In this document: piece by piece, positions 24,199 through 32,000 of the stretch
Position numbering within the stretch: the first letter of the stretch is position 1
How the letters are laid out: every line of letters begins with the position of its first letter
DNA from: Candidatus Velamenicoccus archaeovorus
GTDB lineage: Bacteria > Omnitrophota > Gorgyraeia > Velamenicoccales > Velamenicoccaceae
DNA length: 32,000 nucleotides
Direction: 5' to 3'
Assembly: GCF_004102945.1 (NCBI RefSeq)
Contig: NZ_CP019384.1
Coordinates: 1,050,001 to 1,082,000, forward strand
Notes under the pieces: model-generated
What the model was told of the DNA's origin: nothing
Databases searched by the model: none
Seen by the model: only the letters and a program-made list of their open reading frames with translations
Translations under genes and position numbers: made by a program

Positions 24199-24613
24199 TC
24201 ACTTATCAAAGAAATCAAATCTGGCTTCATATCTGGAAGCCGGAACAATTTTCTCTTGCTGGTTATTTCTCGCCGGAATCAGGCGTATTTTAAAACTGCT
24301 CCTGTTGCTGATATTTTTAAGCGGTACAAAATAAACCTTGCGTGCTGCATCATGGTATGCCGCTATAATATCAACATCCAGCGGCGAATAATGAATAACT
24401 TTGTGATTATTACAACTCCTTAGGGGGATCTCAAGAATTCCGTTTTTGGCAGAGACATATTTGACTTGGACTTTTTTATAGATACCGTTCTTTTCCGCCA
24501 CCATATCAAATCTATGATCTTCTCCCCAGGGGACAAGAACATGGAAACCCCTCTGCTTGAGCAAAAAAAACATAGGCTTCGGCGATATCACCCTTGAGCT
24601 TTGTTTCTGCCAT
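24199..24613 (-). pseudogene. PD-(D/E)XK endonuclease of the group-I-intron-associated type, frameshifted in a T8 run
   Basis: The ATG at 24613-24611 directly follows the stop of the upstream gene and gives MAETKLKGDIAEAYVFF. That frame then stops after 33 codons. The 130-aa track ORF continues in another frame with LLKQRGFHVLVPWGEDHRFDMV...KKVQVKY. Removing one T from the run (plus-strand A8 at 24563-24570) joins them into a KGDIAE...G..V..P.G.....D...QVK pattern typical of this family. Confidence 0.7.
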
Positions 24614-25564
24614 TTAACGGCACCTCTTGAACGCCTTCGGCAAATAGTCTATCACATCAGAGGCGATCATCCCCGGCTGCGTCTTCTCTTTGGCGGCCAA
24701 ATCGGCAGCCAAGCCATGAATATAAACGGCGCGGCATGCCGCCTCAAAAGGCTCCATCCCCTGCCCCAAGAAAGCCGCAACGATCCCGGAAAGAACGTCA
24801 CCGCTCCCGGCTGTCGCGAGACCCGGATTGCCCGTTGTGTTTTCATAGAGCCGGCCGCGGGAAGAACACACCACACTCCTGGGCCCCTTCAAAATCAGGG
24901 TAACATTGTAACGAAGAGAAAAATCTTTTGCAACTTCTTTTCTGGCTGCCGGCGCGGCGACAATCCGACGGCCGCAGAGACGTTCCATCTCCCCGGGGTG
25001 CGGTGTGAGGACAACAGGATGCTTCAATCCTCTCAGGATGCCCAAATGCCCCGCCATGGCATTAAGGCCGTCGGCATCCACGACCACCGGCGTCGAGGCA
25101 CGTCTCACCAGAGAACGTATCAATGCCTGCGTGGAAGGATGACGCGACATGCCGCAGCCAACCAGAAGACAATCAGATTTTTTCAAGACCGGCACGAGCT
25201 GCGGCAACGCCCTTTCAGAAACACTCTGTTGAGCCGTCGAACGCAACGGAAGCGTCACGACTTCCCTTACACCGCAAGCAATGACACCCTGGAGGCTCTC
25301 AGGAAAAGCGAGGGTCACGTATCCAGCACCGGATCTCATGGCGGCCCCGGAACACAAAAGAGCGGCGCCCGTATAACTCCGCGAACCGGCCACGATCAGG
25401 ACATGCCCGTAATCGCCTTTGTGCGTTTGCTTCTTACGATCAAAGAATAGCGCTGGCCACAGCATAGTGATCCGTATGGGACAAGGAGAGGGCGATAGAA
25501 GTCTTTCTATTCTTGATGCGGCAGAAAGGCCGCCCGTTAACATCATTGATGATCTCGATATCAC
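24614..25564 (-). CDS. nnrD: ADP-dependent NAD(P)H-hydrate dehydratase (YjeF C-terminal type only)
   Basis: HKGDYGHVLIVAGSRSYTGAALLCSGAAMRSGAGYVTL and GSGDVLSGIVAAFL match the carbohydrate-kinase-like Nnr dehydratase. The start is uncertain: the ORF is open from 25564, and an internal Met at 25465 (MLWPALFFDRKKQTHKG) is also plausible. Either start overlaps the end of acpS. Confidence 0.85.
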   Translation of the reverse strand: MISRSSMMLTGGLSAASRIERLLSPSPCPIRITMLWPALFFDRKKQTHKGDYGHVLIVAGSRSYTGAALLCSGAAMRSGAGYVTLAFPESLQGVIACGVREVVTLPLRSTAQQSVSERALPQLVPVLKKSDCLLVGCGMSRHPSTQALIRSLVRRASTPVVVDADGLNAMAGHLGILRGLKHPVVLTPHPGEMERLCGRRIVAAPAARKEVAKDFSLRYNVTLILKGPRSVVCSSRGRLYENTTGNPGLATAGSGDVLSGIVAAFLGQGMEPFEAACRAVYIHGLAADLAAKEKTQPGMIASDVIDYLPKAFKRCR

Positions 25565-25778
25565 GAAAGTTCAGCTTCGGACTGTTCCCCAGGGCCTTGA
25601 AAATCGCCTCTTTGGCCGCAAAACGTGCCGCCAAATGCTGGAGCGGATGACGCTTGCTCCTGGAATAAGCCAGTTCTTTCGCAGTATAAACACGCTTCAG
25701 GAAAACATCCCCCCAGCGTTTTACAGCCCGGTCAAGTTTCTTGATCTCGACGATATCGATCCCGCTGCCTCTGACCAT
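25440..25778 (-). CDS. acpS: holo-[acyl-carrier-protein] synthase
   Basis: The 112-aa ORF has GIDIVEIKKL, FAAKEAIFKALG and SLSHTDHYAVASAIL, typical of AcpS. Confidence 0.88.
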   Translation of the reverse strand: MVRGSGIDIVEIKKLDRAVKRWGDVFLKRVYTAKELAYSRSKRHPLQHLAARFAAKEAIFKALGNSPKLNFRDIEIINDVNGRPFCRIKNRKTSIALSLSHTDHYAVASAIL

Positions 25779-25788
25779 GCACCCTCTT

Positions 25789-26517
25789 TTAGGATTTCCC
25801 GGCGTTCGTCACCAGGGCCTTCATCTGGCGGACCGCGCGTTCCAAACCCAAAAAAATGGAAAAACACACGATCGCATAGCCGATGTTCAACTCATGCATA
25901 CCCTTCATCGACGCCACGGGGCAGACGTTTTCATAGTCCAGACCGTGGCCGGCATTCACGACCAGGCCCAGGTCGCGGGCGTAAGCCACGGCTTCCCGAA
26001 ACTCCGCAAGCATCTTCTTTCGGGCGCCCGCCAACCGGCAGTCGGCATAACGGCCTGTATGCAGCTCGACCGTACCCGCGCCGACATCCCTGGCCATTTT
26101 GATCTGGCGGCGGCTCGACTCGATGAAAAGACTGACCTCGACATTCTTCTCTCTGAGCCTCGAGACCGCTCTCGCCACGCGCGTTCCATACCGAACAACG
26201 TCCAAGCCCCCCTCCGTCGTCAATTCCTGGCGGCGCTCGGGCACAAGGGTCGCTTGATGCGGTTTGAGACGACAGGCAATCCCGACGATCTCATCCGCAA
26301 TGGACATCTCCAGGTTAAATTTTTTCGTGACGGTCTTACGCAACGCAAAGACATCGACATCCTGGATATGCCTGCGGTCTTCGCGCAGATGCGCCACAAT
26401 GGAATCAGCGCCTGCATTCTCGCAAATCCTGGCGGCAAAAAGAAGATCGGGATAGGGCGCACGGCGCTGCTGCCTGAGCGTCGCGATATGGTCTATATTG
26501 ACTCCTAAAAGAGGCAC
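25789..26517 (-). CDS. pdxJ: pyridoxine 5'-phosphate synthase
   Basis: The 242-aa ORF has LGVNIDHIATLRQQR, IVAHLREDRRHIQD and NAGHGL. It uses a GTG start with an AAAGGA RBS. Confidence 0.92.
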   Translation of the reverse strand: MPLLGVNIDHIATLRQQRRAPYPDLLFAARICENAGADSIVAHLREDRRHIQDVDVFALRKTVTKKFNLEMSIADEIVGIACRLKPHQATLVPERRQELTTEGGLDVVRYGTRVARAVSRLREKNVEVSLFIESSRRQIKMARDVGAGTVELHTGRYADCRLAGARKKMLAEFREAVAYARDLGLVVNAGHGLDYENVCPVASMKGMHELNIGYAIVCFSIFLGLERAVRQMKALVTNAGKS

Positions 26518-26586
26518 AACAATCCTTTCTCCGCAAGGGTCAAACCGGCATCGAACCGCCGGAATCGCGCTTTCACAGAGACGGCC

Positions 26587-26712
26587 CTATTTAAATTCTC
26601 CGTTAACGTAAAGGTAAACGACGACCGCAAGGATCAAAGCGAGGACCTTGTATAAAGGGTAATACGTGAACCATTTTTTGAAATCTTGCAGTATCTTTTT
26701 CAGCGTGCCCAT
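26587..26712 (-). CDS. 41-aa membrane peptide resembling the N-terminal anchor of CdaR/YbbR
   Basis: This ORF is not in the track because it is below the size cut-off. My translation is MGTLKKILQDFKKWFTYYPLYKVLALILAVVVYLYVNGEFK*. A GGAGA RBS lies 6 nt upstream, and the ORF starts 55 nt after the cdaA stop. Its position and hydrophobic segment mimic the start of CdaR. Confidence 0.35.
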   Translation of the reverse strand: MGTLKKILQDFKKWFTYYPLYKVLALILAVVVYLYVNGEFK

Positions 26713-26767
26713 AAACGTTCTCCGTAATGCTTGTGGCCCCTCATCCGCGGCGGACGAGAAAAATACG

Positions 26768-27571
26768 TCAGGACACAGCGTGTTTCTTCGTCTGGACGAG
26801 CTGATCGCGCAGGGCCTGCGAGAATTCCTCGCGCGTCAATCCCTGCGTCAGCCGTCCGCCGACGGCCAGAGAAACCAACCCCGTCTCTTCAGAAACAACC
26901 AGAACAACAGCGTCTGTCTCCTCGCTGATACCTAATGCCGCCCTGTGCCGTGTCCCCAGGGCATGGCTGAGATAGGGATTCTGCGCCAAGGGAAACAAGC
27001 AGCTCGCCGCCACCAAGGTGTTGCCTTGAATAATAACGCCTCCGTCGTGCAAAGGGGACGGCGGAGTAAAAATGGTTTCGATCAATTCCGGCGTTATCCG
27101 CGCCTGGATAAGGATGCCGCTGTTGATATAGCCCTTGAGCCGGTCCTCGCGTTCGATGGCGACGATCCCCCCGATCCTCCTCTGGGACAGATAAAACAAT
27201 GAGGAGCTGAGTTGGCGGATCAGGTCATCGACTTCCTCCTCCTTCAATCCTGTCCCGAAAAGATGCGGTTGTCCCAACCGGGCAAGGCCGAATCGCAGCT
27301 CCGGCTGAAAGATAACGATAATAGCGATGACCGATATGGCAAATAATTTCGTCAGGATCCAATCGAGGGTATTCAAACCCAGTTTTTGGGCCAGAAAGAA
27401 CGCGATGACAAGGATAAAAATACCTTTCCAGACCTGACCGGCGCGAGTCCCCTCGAAAAAAATCATGATCCTGAAAAAAACAAACCACAGGATCGTGATC
27501 TCAATGACCGGCTTCAATACAGACCAATAGATGTTGACGAATTCAACAATGCTGTTCCACATCAACTGCAC
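26768..27571 (-). CDS. cdaA: diadenylate cyclase CdaA (membrane-anchored DAC domain)
   Basis: The 267-aa ORF has three N-terminal TM segments and a DAC domain with DGGVIIQ and TRHRAALGISEETDAVVLVVSEETG. Confidence 0.9.
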   Translation of the reverse strand: MQLMWNSIVEFVNIYWSVLKPVIEITILWFVFFRIMIFFEGTRAGQVWKGIFILVIAFFLAQKLGLNTLDWILTKLFAISVIAIIVIFQPELRFGLARLGQPHLFGTGLKEEEVDDLIRQLSSSLFYLSQRRIGGIVAIEREDRLKGYINSGILIQARITPELIETIFTPPSPLHDGGVIIQGNTLVAASCLFPLAQNPYLSHALGTRHRAALGISEETDAVVLVVSEETGLVSLAVGGRLTQGLTREEFSQALRDQLVQTKKHAVS

Positions 27572-28767
27572 CTTTTGTGAATGGCGTCCGCGACGCGGAC
27601 GACTTGCTTGATCTGACGGACATCATGCACCCGCACGATATCCGCGCCTCCGGAGATAGCGGCGCAGACTGCTGCAGCTGTCCCCCAAAGTCTCCCGGAA
27701 ACTCCTGCATTGAGGATCCTGCCGATGAACCACTTGCGGGACACCCCCACGAGGATCGGCCGGCCGAACATCCTCAACTCAGAAAGCCTCTCAATGATCT
27801 CAATGTTATGGGAAAGCGTTTTGCCAAAACCAATGCCCGGATCGATTATTATTTTATCTTGCCGGATACCACTATCAAGTGCTTTTTTTATTGAATCATC
27901 CAGGAAACCTGTGATCTCCCCCATGAGGTCGTCATAATGGGGGGATTCCTGCATCGTGCGAGGGGTCCCTTTCATGTGCATCAGGACAACGGCCGCCCCA
28001 TAACGGGCCACCAGCCTGGCCATCTTCTTATCGCCCCTGAGAGCCGAAATATCATTGACGATACCGACGCCGCAATCCAGGGCCGCATGGGCCACTTCGC
28101 TCTTGGTCGTATCGATGGAAAGAGCAACCCGCAGGGACTTTGCAAACAATTTAACGAAAGGCAGGACACGCTTCAATTCTTCTTTTGCAGAAACAGGTCT
28201 GGAGCCGGGACGGCTGGATTCTCCTCCGATATCGATGATGTCGGCGCCCTCCTCCGCCATACTGCGGGCAAGACTCAACGCCCGCTGAGGAGAAGCCCCC
28301 AGCATCCCGTCGCCGCTGGAGGAGTCTGTTGTGGCATTTAGAATGCCCATGACCAGGGTCCTGCGACCTAAACGCAGATGCCGGCGACCCAGATGAAGCG
28401 GCACTCTTCGGTCTGCCGAACGGGCAAGGCACAAGCGGACTTCCTGCCCGAGCTCGGAAAGGCCAAACGGCTGTTTCTTTAATTTGGAGGACAGCGACGC
28501 ATACTGGGAAAAGGTCCCCAAAAGAAGACAATCGGTATGCCTGTCGGTTCCGGTGATCGAGCCGCGGCTCAGGGCGGCGTCCCCGCCGAGAGAAAGCATC
28601 TCCTGCTTGAGGATATTGGCACAGAAACCGGGGAGGTGCGAGACTTTGACGATACGCAGGAAGGCCTTGGGGCGCATGATCTTCATGCCGCCCCCATCGA
28701 CGCCGATACGCTTGAATTCCTTCAGGAGATCGGCGGAATTTTTCAAAGCGAGAACGCGTGGAACCAT
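27562..28767 (-). CDS. folP: dihydropteroate synthase with an N-terminal extension of about 130 aa
   Basis: LVMGILNATTDSSSGDG...GADIIDIGGESSRPG...IDTTKSEVA...NDISALRGD matches the pterin-binding DHPS core. I prefer the start at MVPRVLAL (28767), just after the ftsH stop. The ORF is open up to 28815. Confidence 0.9.
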   Translation of the reverse strand: MVPRVLALKNSADLLKEFKRIGVDGGGMKIMRPKAFLRIVKVSHLPGFCANILKQEMLSLGGDAALSRGSITGTDRHTDCLLLGTFSQYASLSSKLKKQPFGLSELGQEVRLCLARSADRRVPLHLGRRHLRLGRRTLVMGILNATTDSSSGDGMLGASPQRALSLARSMAEEGADIIDIGGESSRPGSRPVSAKEELKRVLPFVKLFAKSLRVALSIDTTKSEVAHAALDCGVGIVNDISALRGDKKMARLVARYGAAVVLMHMKGTPRTMQESPHYDDLMGEITGFLDDSIKKALDSGIRQDKIIIDPGIGFGKTLSHNIEIIERLSELRMFGRPILVGVSRKWFIGRILNAGVSGRLWGTAAAVCAAISGGADIVRVHDVRQIKQVVRVADAIHKRCS

Positions 28768-28774
28768 AGGCGGC

Positions 28775-30634
28775 TTACAGCGCGAAGCCCAGCAGTTTTT
28801 TGACTTCTTCGGCATCCATGACTTCGCGTTCCCGCAAAGTATTGGCCAAAAGCGTCAACTTGTCTTTATTCTGCTCCAAAAGGAGTCTTGCCCGATCGTA
28901 GCATGAATCGATGATCGCCTTGATCTCATCATCTATGATCTTAGCGGTCTCGTCGCTATAATTGCGTTCTTCCGAAAGATTTTTGCCCAGGAAAATCAAC
29001 CCCTGACGATGGCCGAGGGTCAGATAGCCGATCTTTTCAGACATGCCGAATTCACACACCATGCGCCGGGCCATTTGCGTCGCGACTTCGATATCGTTCT
29101 CGGAACCCGTCGTGATATCCTGGAAATAAAGATTCTCGGAAGCGCGGCCGGCCAACAAGACCGTGATGCGGCCGATCAGTTCGCTTTTCATCATGATGTA
29201 ACGGTCCTGCAAAGGCAGCTGGAGCGTATAGCCGAGGGCTGCCACGCCGCGAGGAATGATGGAAACCTTGTGCAGCGGATCAACCTCCGGCGTCAAGAGG
29301 GAGACAAGCGTATGCCCCGCCTCGTGAAAGGCCACTATCTCTTTTTCTTTAGGACTGATCACGCGGCTCTTGCGTTCAGGCCCGGCGACGACACGTTCTA
29401 TGGCCGCCTCCATCTCTTTTTTGCCTACGGCCTCCTTGTCATAACGCGCGGCAAGCAGAGCAGCTTCGTTGCAAAGGTTGGCCAGGTCCGCCCCGGAAAA
29501 ACCCGGCGTCTGCCTGGCGATGGCCTCGAGACCGACATCAGCCGCCAGCTTGATGTTCGCGGAATGCACTTTCAGGATCGCCTCACGTCCTTTGATGTCA
29601 GGCCGGTCAATAACCACATGCCGATCGAAACGGCCGGGCCTCAATAAGGCGGGATCAAGCGTATCGGGCCTGTTGGTCGCGGCAATAAGGATGATGCCCT
29701 CCTGCGGATCAAATCCGTCCATCTCCACGAGAAGCTGATTCAGGGTCTGCTCCCTCTCGTCGTGGCCGCCGCCGATCCCGGAAAACCGCAGACGGCCGAC
29801 CGCATCGATCTCGTCTATGAAAATAATCGCGCCCCGGCCAAAGGTCTTTGCGGCCTTGCGGGCCTGCTCGAAAAGATCCCTGACGCGCGACGCGCCGACG
29901 CCGACGAACATCTCGACAAAGTCGGATCCGCTGATGTTAAAGAAAGGGACGTTGGCTTCCCCGGCGACAGCCTTGGCGATCAATGTCTTGCCGCAACCCG
30001 GAGGGCCCACAAGAAGCACGCCTTTGGGAATCTTGCCCCCAAGACGCTGGAACTTCTTGGGATCCTTAAGGAACTCTATGACCTCCTGGAGTTCTTCTTT
30101 GGCCTCGTCGACCCCGGCCACATCGGCAAAAGTCACCTTCTCCTTGGGCTCCGTCCCCAAGCGCGCCTTCACTTTGCCGAAAGACCAGATCCGGTTGCCC
30201 ACCTCGGCCCCCCGATAGCTGAAATACCACAAAAAGGCGATAAAAAGGACAACGGGACCCAGAGAAAACAAAAGATTCGTCCAAATCGTCCGGGCCGGCT
30301 TGACCTGAAAATCAGGCGCATGAGTACGCAGGAGCGCCAAGAGGTCTTTGTCGTCAGGGGGGATATTGACAAAAAAACGCGAGCCATTCACGAACTCCCC
30401 CTGGAGGATGTCTTCGGACATCGTGACAACCTTGAGCCGCGACGGTTCCTCTGTCAAGACACGATAGAACTCGGTGTATGAAAGCTCTTTGCGGGCCACC
30501 CCATTGTTCTGCAAAAGCCCCATCAGATAAAGGGTGCCGACAATAAAAAGGATCCACACGAAAACAGAAAGATTGTTCTTCTTAAATCTTTGTGCAGGAG
30601 ACTGTTTCATTTTACGGGGATTGGATTTATTCAT
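28775..30634 (-). CDS. ftsH: ATP-dependent zinc metalloprotease FtsH
   Basis: The 619-aa ORF has two N-terminal TM segments, Walker A GPPGCGKT, an SRH region, and the zinc motif HEAGH. Confidence 0.96.
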   Translation of the reverse strand: MNKSNPRKMKQSPAQRFKKNNLSVFVWILFIVGTLYLMGLLQNNGVARKELSYTEFYRVLTEEPSRLKVVTMSEDILQGEFVNGSRFFVNIPPDDKDLLALLRTHAPDFQVKPARTIWTNLLFSLGPVVLFIAFLWYFSYRGAEVGNRIWSFGKVKARLGTEPKEKVTFADVAGVDEAKEELQEVIEFLKDPKKFQRLGGKIPKGVLLVGPPGCGKTLIAKAVAGEANVPFFNISGSDFVEMFVGVGASRVRDLFEQARKAAKTFGRGAIIFIDEIDAVGRLRFSGIGGGHDEREQTLNQLLVEMDGFDPQEGIILIAATNRPDTLDPALLRPGRFDRHVVIDRPDIKGREAILKVHSANIKLAADVGLEAIARQTPGFSGADLANLCNEAALLAARYDKEAVGKKEMEAAIERVVAGPERKSRVISPKEKEIVAFHEAGHTLVSLLTPEVDPLHKVSIIPRGVAALGYTLQLPLQDRYIMMKSELIGRITVLLAGRASENLYFQDITTGSENDIEVATQMARRMVCEFGMSEKIGYLTLGHRQGLIFLGKNLSEERNYSDETAKIIDDEIKAIIDSCYDRARLLLEQNKDKLTLLANTLREREVMDAEEVKKLLGFAL

Positions 30635-30672
30635 GGTTTTCCTATTATAACCTAACGCGTCTTAAAAGCAAA

Positions 30673-31695
30673 TCATCTTTTGGCACAAACTTTTCTCCGG
30701 GAAAGGCGGTGACGGCGAGACTTGCGGCAAGCGAAAGAAAGCGTACAAGCCTCCTTGGACACAACCACGCCTCCCGGCAGATGGACCTCGGATCCGGCAG
30801 GGCGCCCAAACAGCAACTCTTCCAATTCGAGAGAATGCCGGAACCCGAGCAGGCCGGGAATCCCCGTCAACGACGAAATCGCCATCCGCACAACCATGCG
30901 CCTCAACGCTATATCCAGCGACTTCAACGGTTCTTCTGCTATCATCAGCTGTCCGGCGACCGAGCGGCCGTGTCCCTTAAGGAAATCCCAGGCACGCTGT
31001 TCCAAATAATCATAATCAGCGCCCACGGACAAGGCCGTATTCACAAGCACTCCCCTGACATTGGCATTGAATTCTTTCTCAAGAAAAGGAAGAAGTCTAA
31101 GTCGGATTTTATTGCGCAGGTAAACTTCTTCTTCGTTCGTTTCATCCACCCGGTAATCCAATCCCTCTTTCTTGAGATATCGAAGGACGTCTTTCCTGGA
31201 AACGCCGATCAACGGCCGGACAATCTTCAGCGCCCCCTGCCGCCTCACGGGCAAGACGGCCATCAACCCCCACAATCCGCTGCCGCGCACAAGACGCATC
31301 AAAACCGTTTCCGCCTGGTCGTCGCGCGTATGCCCCAATGCCATCGCATTCGCGCCCGTGTCCGCGGCAATCCTTGTCAGAAAATCATAGCGTGCCCGGC
31401 GCAAAAAATCCTCGGAAAGACGGCTTTTCCCTTTATGTTTCAAACGCTCCGTGAAAAAAGGATACCCCAGGCTTTCAGACAACTGCCTGACAAATGCCAC
31501 ATCGCGCCCGGAGTTCTTGCGGATGCCGTGATCAAAGGAAGCGACGGAAATTTCCAAACCAAGGGCCGCCTGGAGGCGTTTCAGAACACTCAGGAGCGCA
31601 ACGGAATCCGGCCCGCCGGAAACAGCCGCCAATACCTTATCTTGCGGCGCAAACATCCGATAGGTTTCGACAGTCTTCTTGACGCATGCGTACAT
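30673..31695 (-). CDS. tilS: tRNA(Ile)-lysidine synthase
   Basis: The 340-aa ORF has the PP-loop AAVSGGPDSVALL and sits immediately upstream of ftsH, a common arrangement. Confidence 0.88.
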   Translation of the reverse strand: MYACVKKTVETYRMFAPQDKVLAAVSGGPDSVALLSVLKRLQAALGLEISVASFDHGIRKNSGRDVAFVRQLSESLGYPFFTERLKHKGKSRLSEDFLRRARYDFLTRIAADTGANAMALGHTRDDQAETVLMRLVRGSGLWGLMAVLPVRRQGALKIVRPLIGVSRKDVLRYLKKEGLDYRVDETNEEEVYLRNKIRLRLLPFLEKEFNANVRGVLVNTALSVGADYDYLEQRAWDFLKGHGRSVAGQLMIAEEPLKSLDIALRRMVVRMAISSLTGIPGLLGFRHSLELEELLFGRPAGSEVHLPGGVVVSKEACTLSFACRKSRRHRLSRRKVCAKR

Positions 31696-31724
31696 GGTTA
31701 CATCCCCACTATTCTAAGCCGAGG

Positions 31725-32000
31725 TCAAGCCGGAGGGACACCGTATTTGAATTGGCGGACAATGTTGGGATGGGAAAAAAAATAGATCAGGCCGAGGTAA
31801 TAAGAAAAAGACAAAACAATCCCTATGATCAGAAAAACGACGGGGACATCCGTCATGACTTCCTGTGCCAGGAAAACATTGAGACAGATATTGACCAAAA
31901 AGTTGATGAGATAAACGGACATGACGACGCGCAAGGTCTGACGCGCCCAGTCCTTCAGATGAAGAGCGCCGATCCCGCAGACCACCCACGCCAAAAAGAT
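31725..32000 (-). CDS. hypothetical membrane protein, C-terminal part; continues past the right edge
   Basis: The frame is open to the window edge. The sequence is hydrophobic (WVVCGIGALHL...VPVVFLIIGIVLSFSYYLGLIYFF) and I recognise no family. The competing frame 31714-31989 looks less protein-like. Confidence 0.4.
   Translation of the reverse strand: MFLAWVVCGIGALHLKDWARQTLRVVMSVYLINFLVNICLNVFLAQEVMTDVPVVFLIIGIVLSFSYYLGLIYFFSHPNIVRQFKYGVPPA

Noticed and set aside
26549-26566. A T-arm-like hairpin (minus strand CCGGC-GGTTCGAT-GCCGG) that might signal an unannotated tRNA.
   Set aside because: The loop is 8 nt. No acceptor, D or anticodon arms can be drawn from the flanks. It sits in the short gap upstream of pdxJ.
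30592-31785. Large plus-strand ORFs antisense to real genes, for example 30592-31785 (397 aa), 3079-4173 (364 aa), 18353-19171, 19817-20641, 15786-16556, 25741-26508 and 786-1349.
   Set aside because: Each lies entirely opposite a confidently identified minus-strand gene. Each has the Arg/Pro/Gly/His-rich composition of shadow ORFs in GC-rich DNA.
1-32000. A prophage, integrative element or genomic island, given the tRNA fragment scars.
   Set aside because: No integrase, recombinase, transposase, phage structural or plasmid gene is present anywhere in the window. Only the scars themselves are seen.

Overview
This is a bacterial chromosomal segment, moderately GC-rich by eye (not computed). 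Every gene I can support, about 26 CDS and 4 tRNAs, lies on the minus strand, and many stop/start junctions overlap (ATGA) or nearly abut. In transcription order (right to left) the genes are:
- a partial membrane protein, tilS, ftsH, folP, cdaA, a 41-codon CdaR-like stub, pdxJ, acpS, an NAD(P)HX dehydratase and a frameshifted PD-(D/E)XK endonuclease gene;
- tRNA-Thr(UGU), tRNA-Tyr(GUA), a ~0.7-kb repeat-filled spacer and tRNA-Gly(UCC);
- a 1491-aa six-PAS histidine kinase, two single-domain response regulators, an archaeal-type thymidylate-synthase-like gene, a cNMP-binding/patatin protein and gpsA;
- a ~1-kb non-coding island holding tRNA-Pro(GGG) plus tRNA fragments, then doxX;
- an aspartate-family block hom-thrC-coaB-(ApgM-like)-cstA-lysC-cimA, then valS and the start of a nadC-like gene.

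I see no integrase, transposase, CRISPR array, toxin or recognisable defence gene. The unusual signal is in the two tRNA islands (12271-13287 and 22894-23910):
- Two halves of a tRNA-Pro-like gene with co-varying stems flank an intact tRNA-Pro.
- tRNA halves are duplicated in tandem together with their flanks.
- An 18-bp perfect leader/trailer helix brackets tRNA-Pro(GGG).
- A family of 91-bp tandem hairpin repeats starts at genomically encoded CCA ends and carries a shared CGATAAG loop motif.
- A second ~110-140-bp structured repeat occurs twice.

A frameshifted endonuclease gene of the family that includes a tRNA-gene-targeting homing enzyme ends 3 nt before tRNA-Thr. All functional interpretations of these repeats are inference from sequence only.
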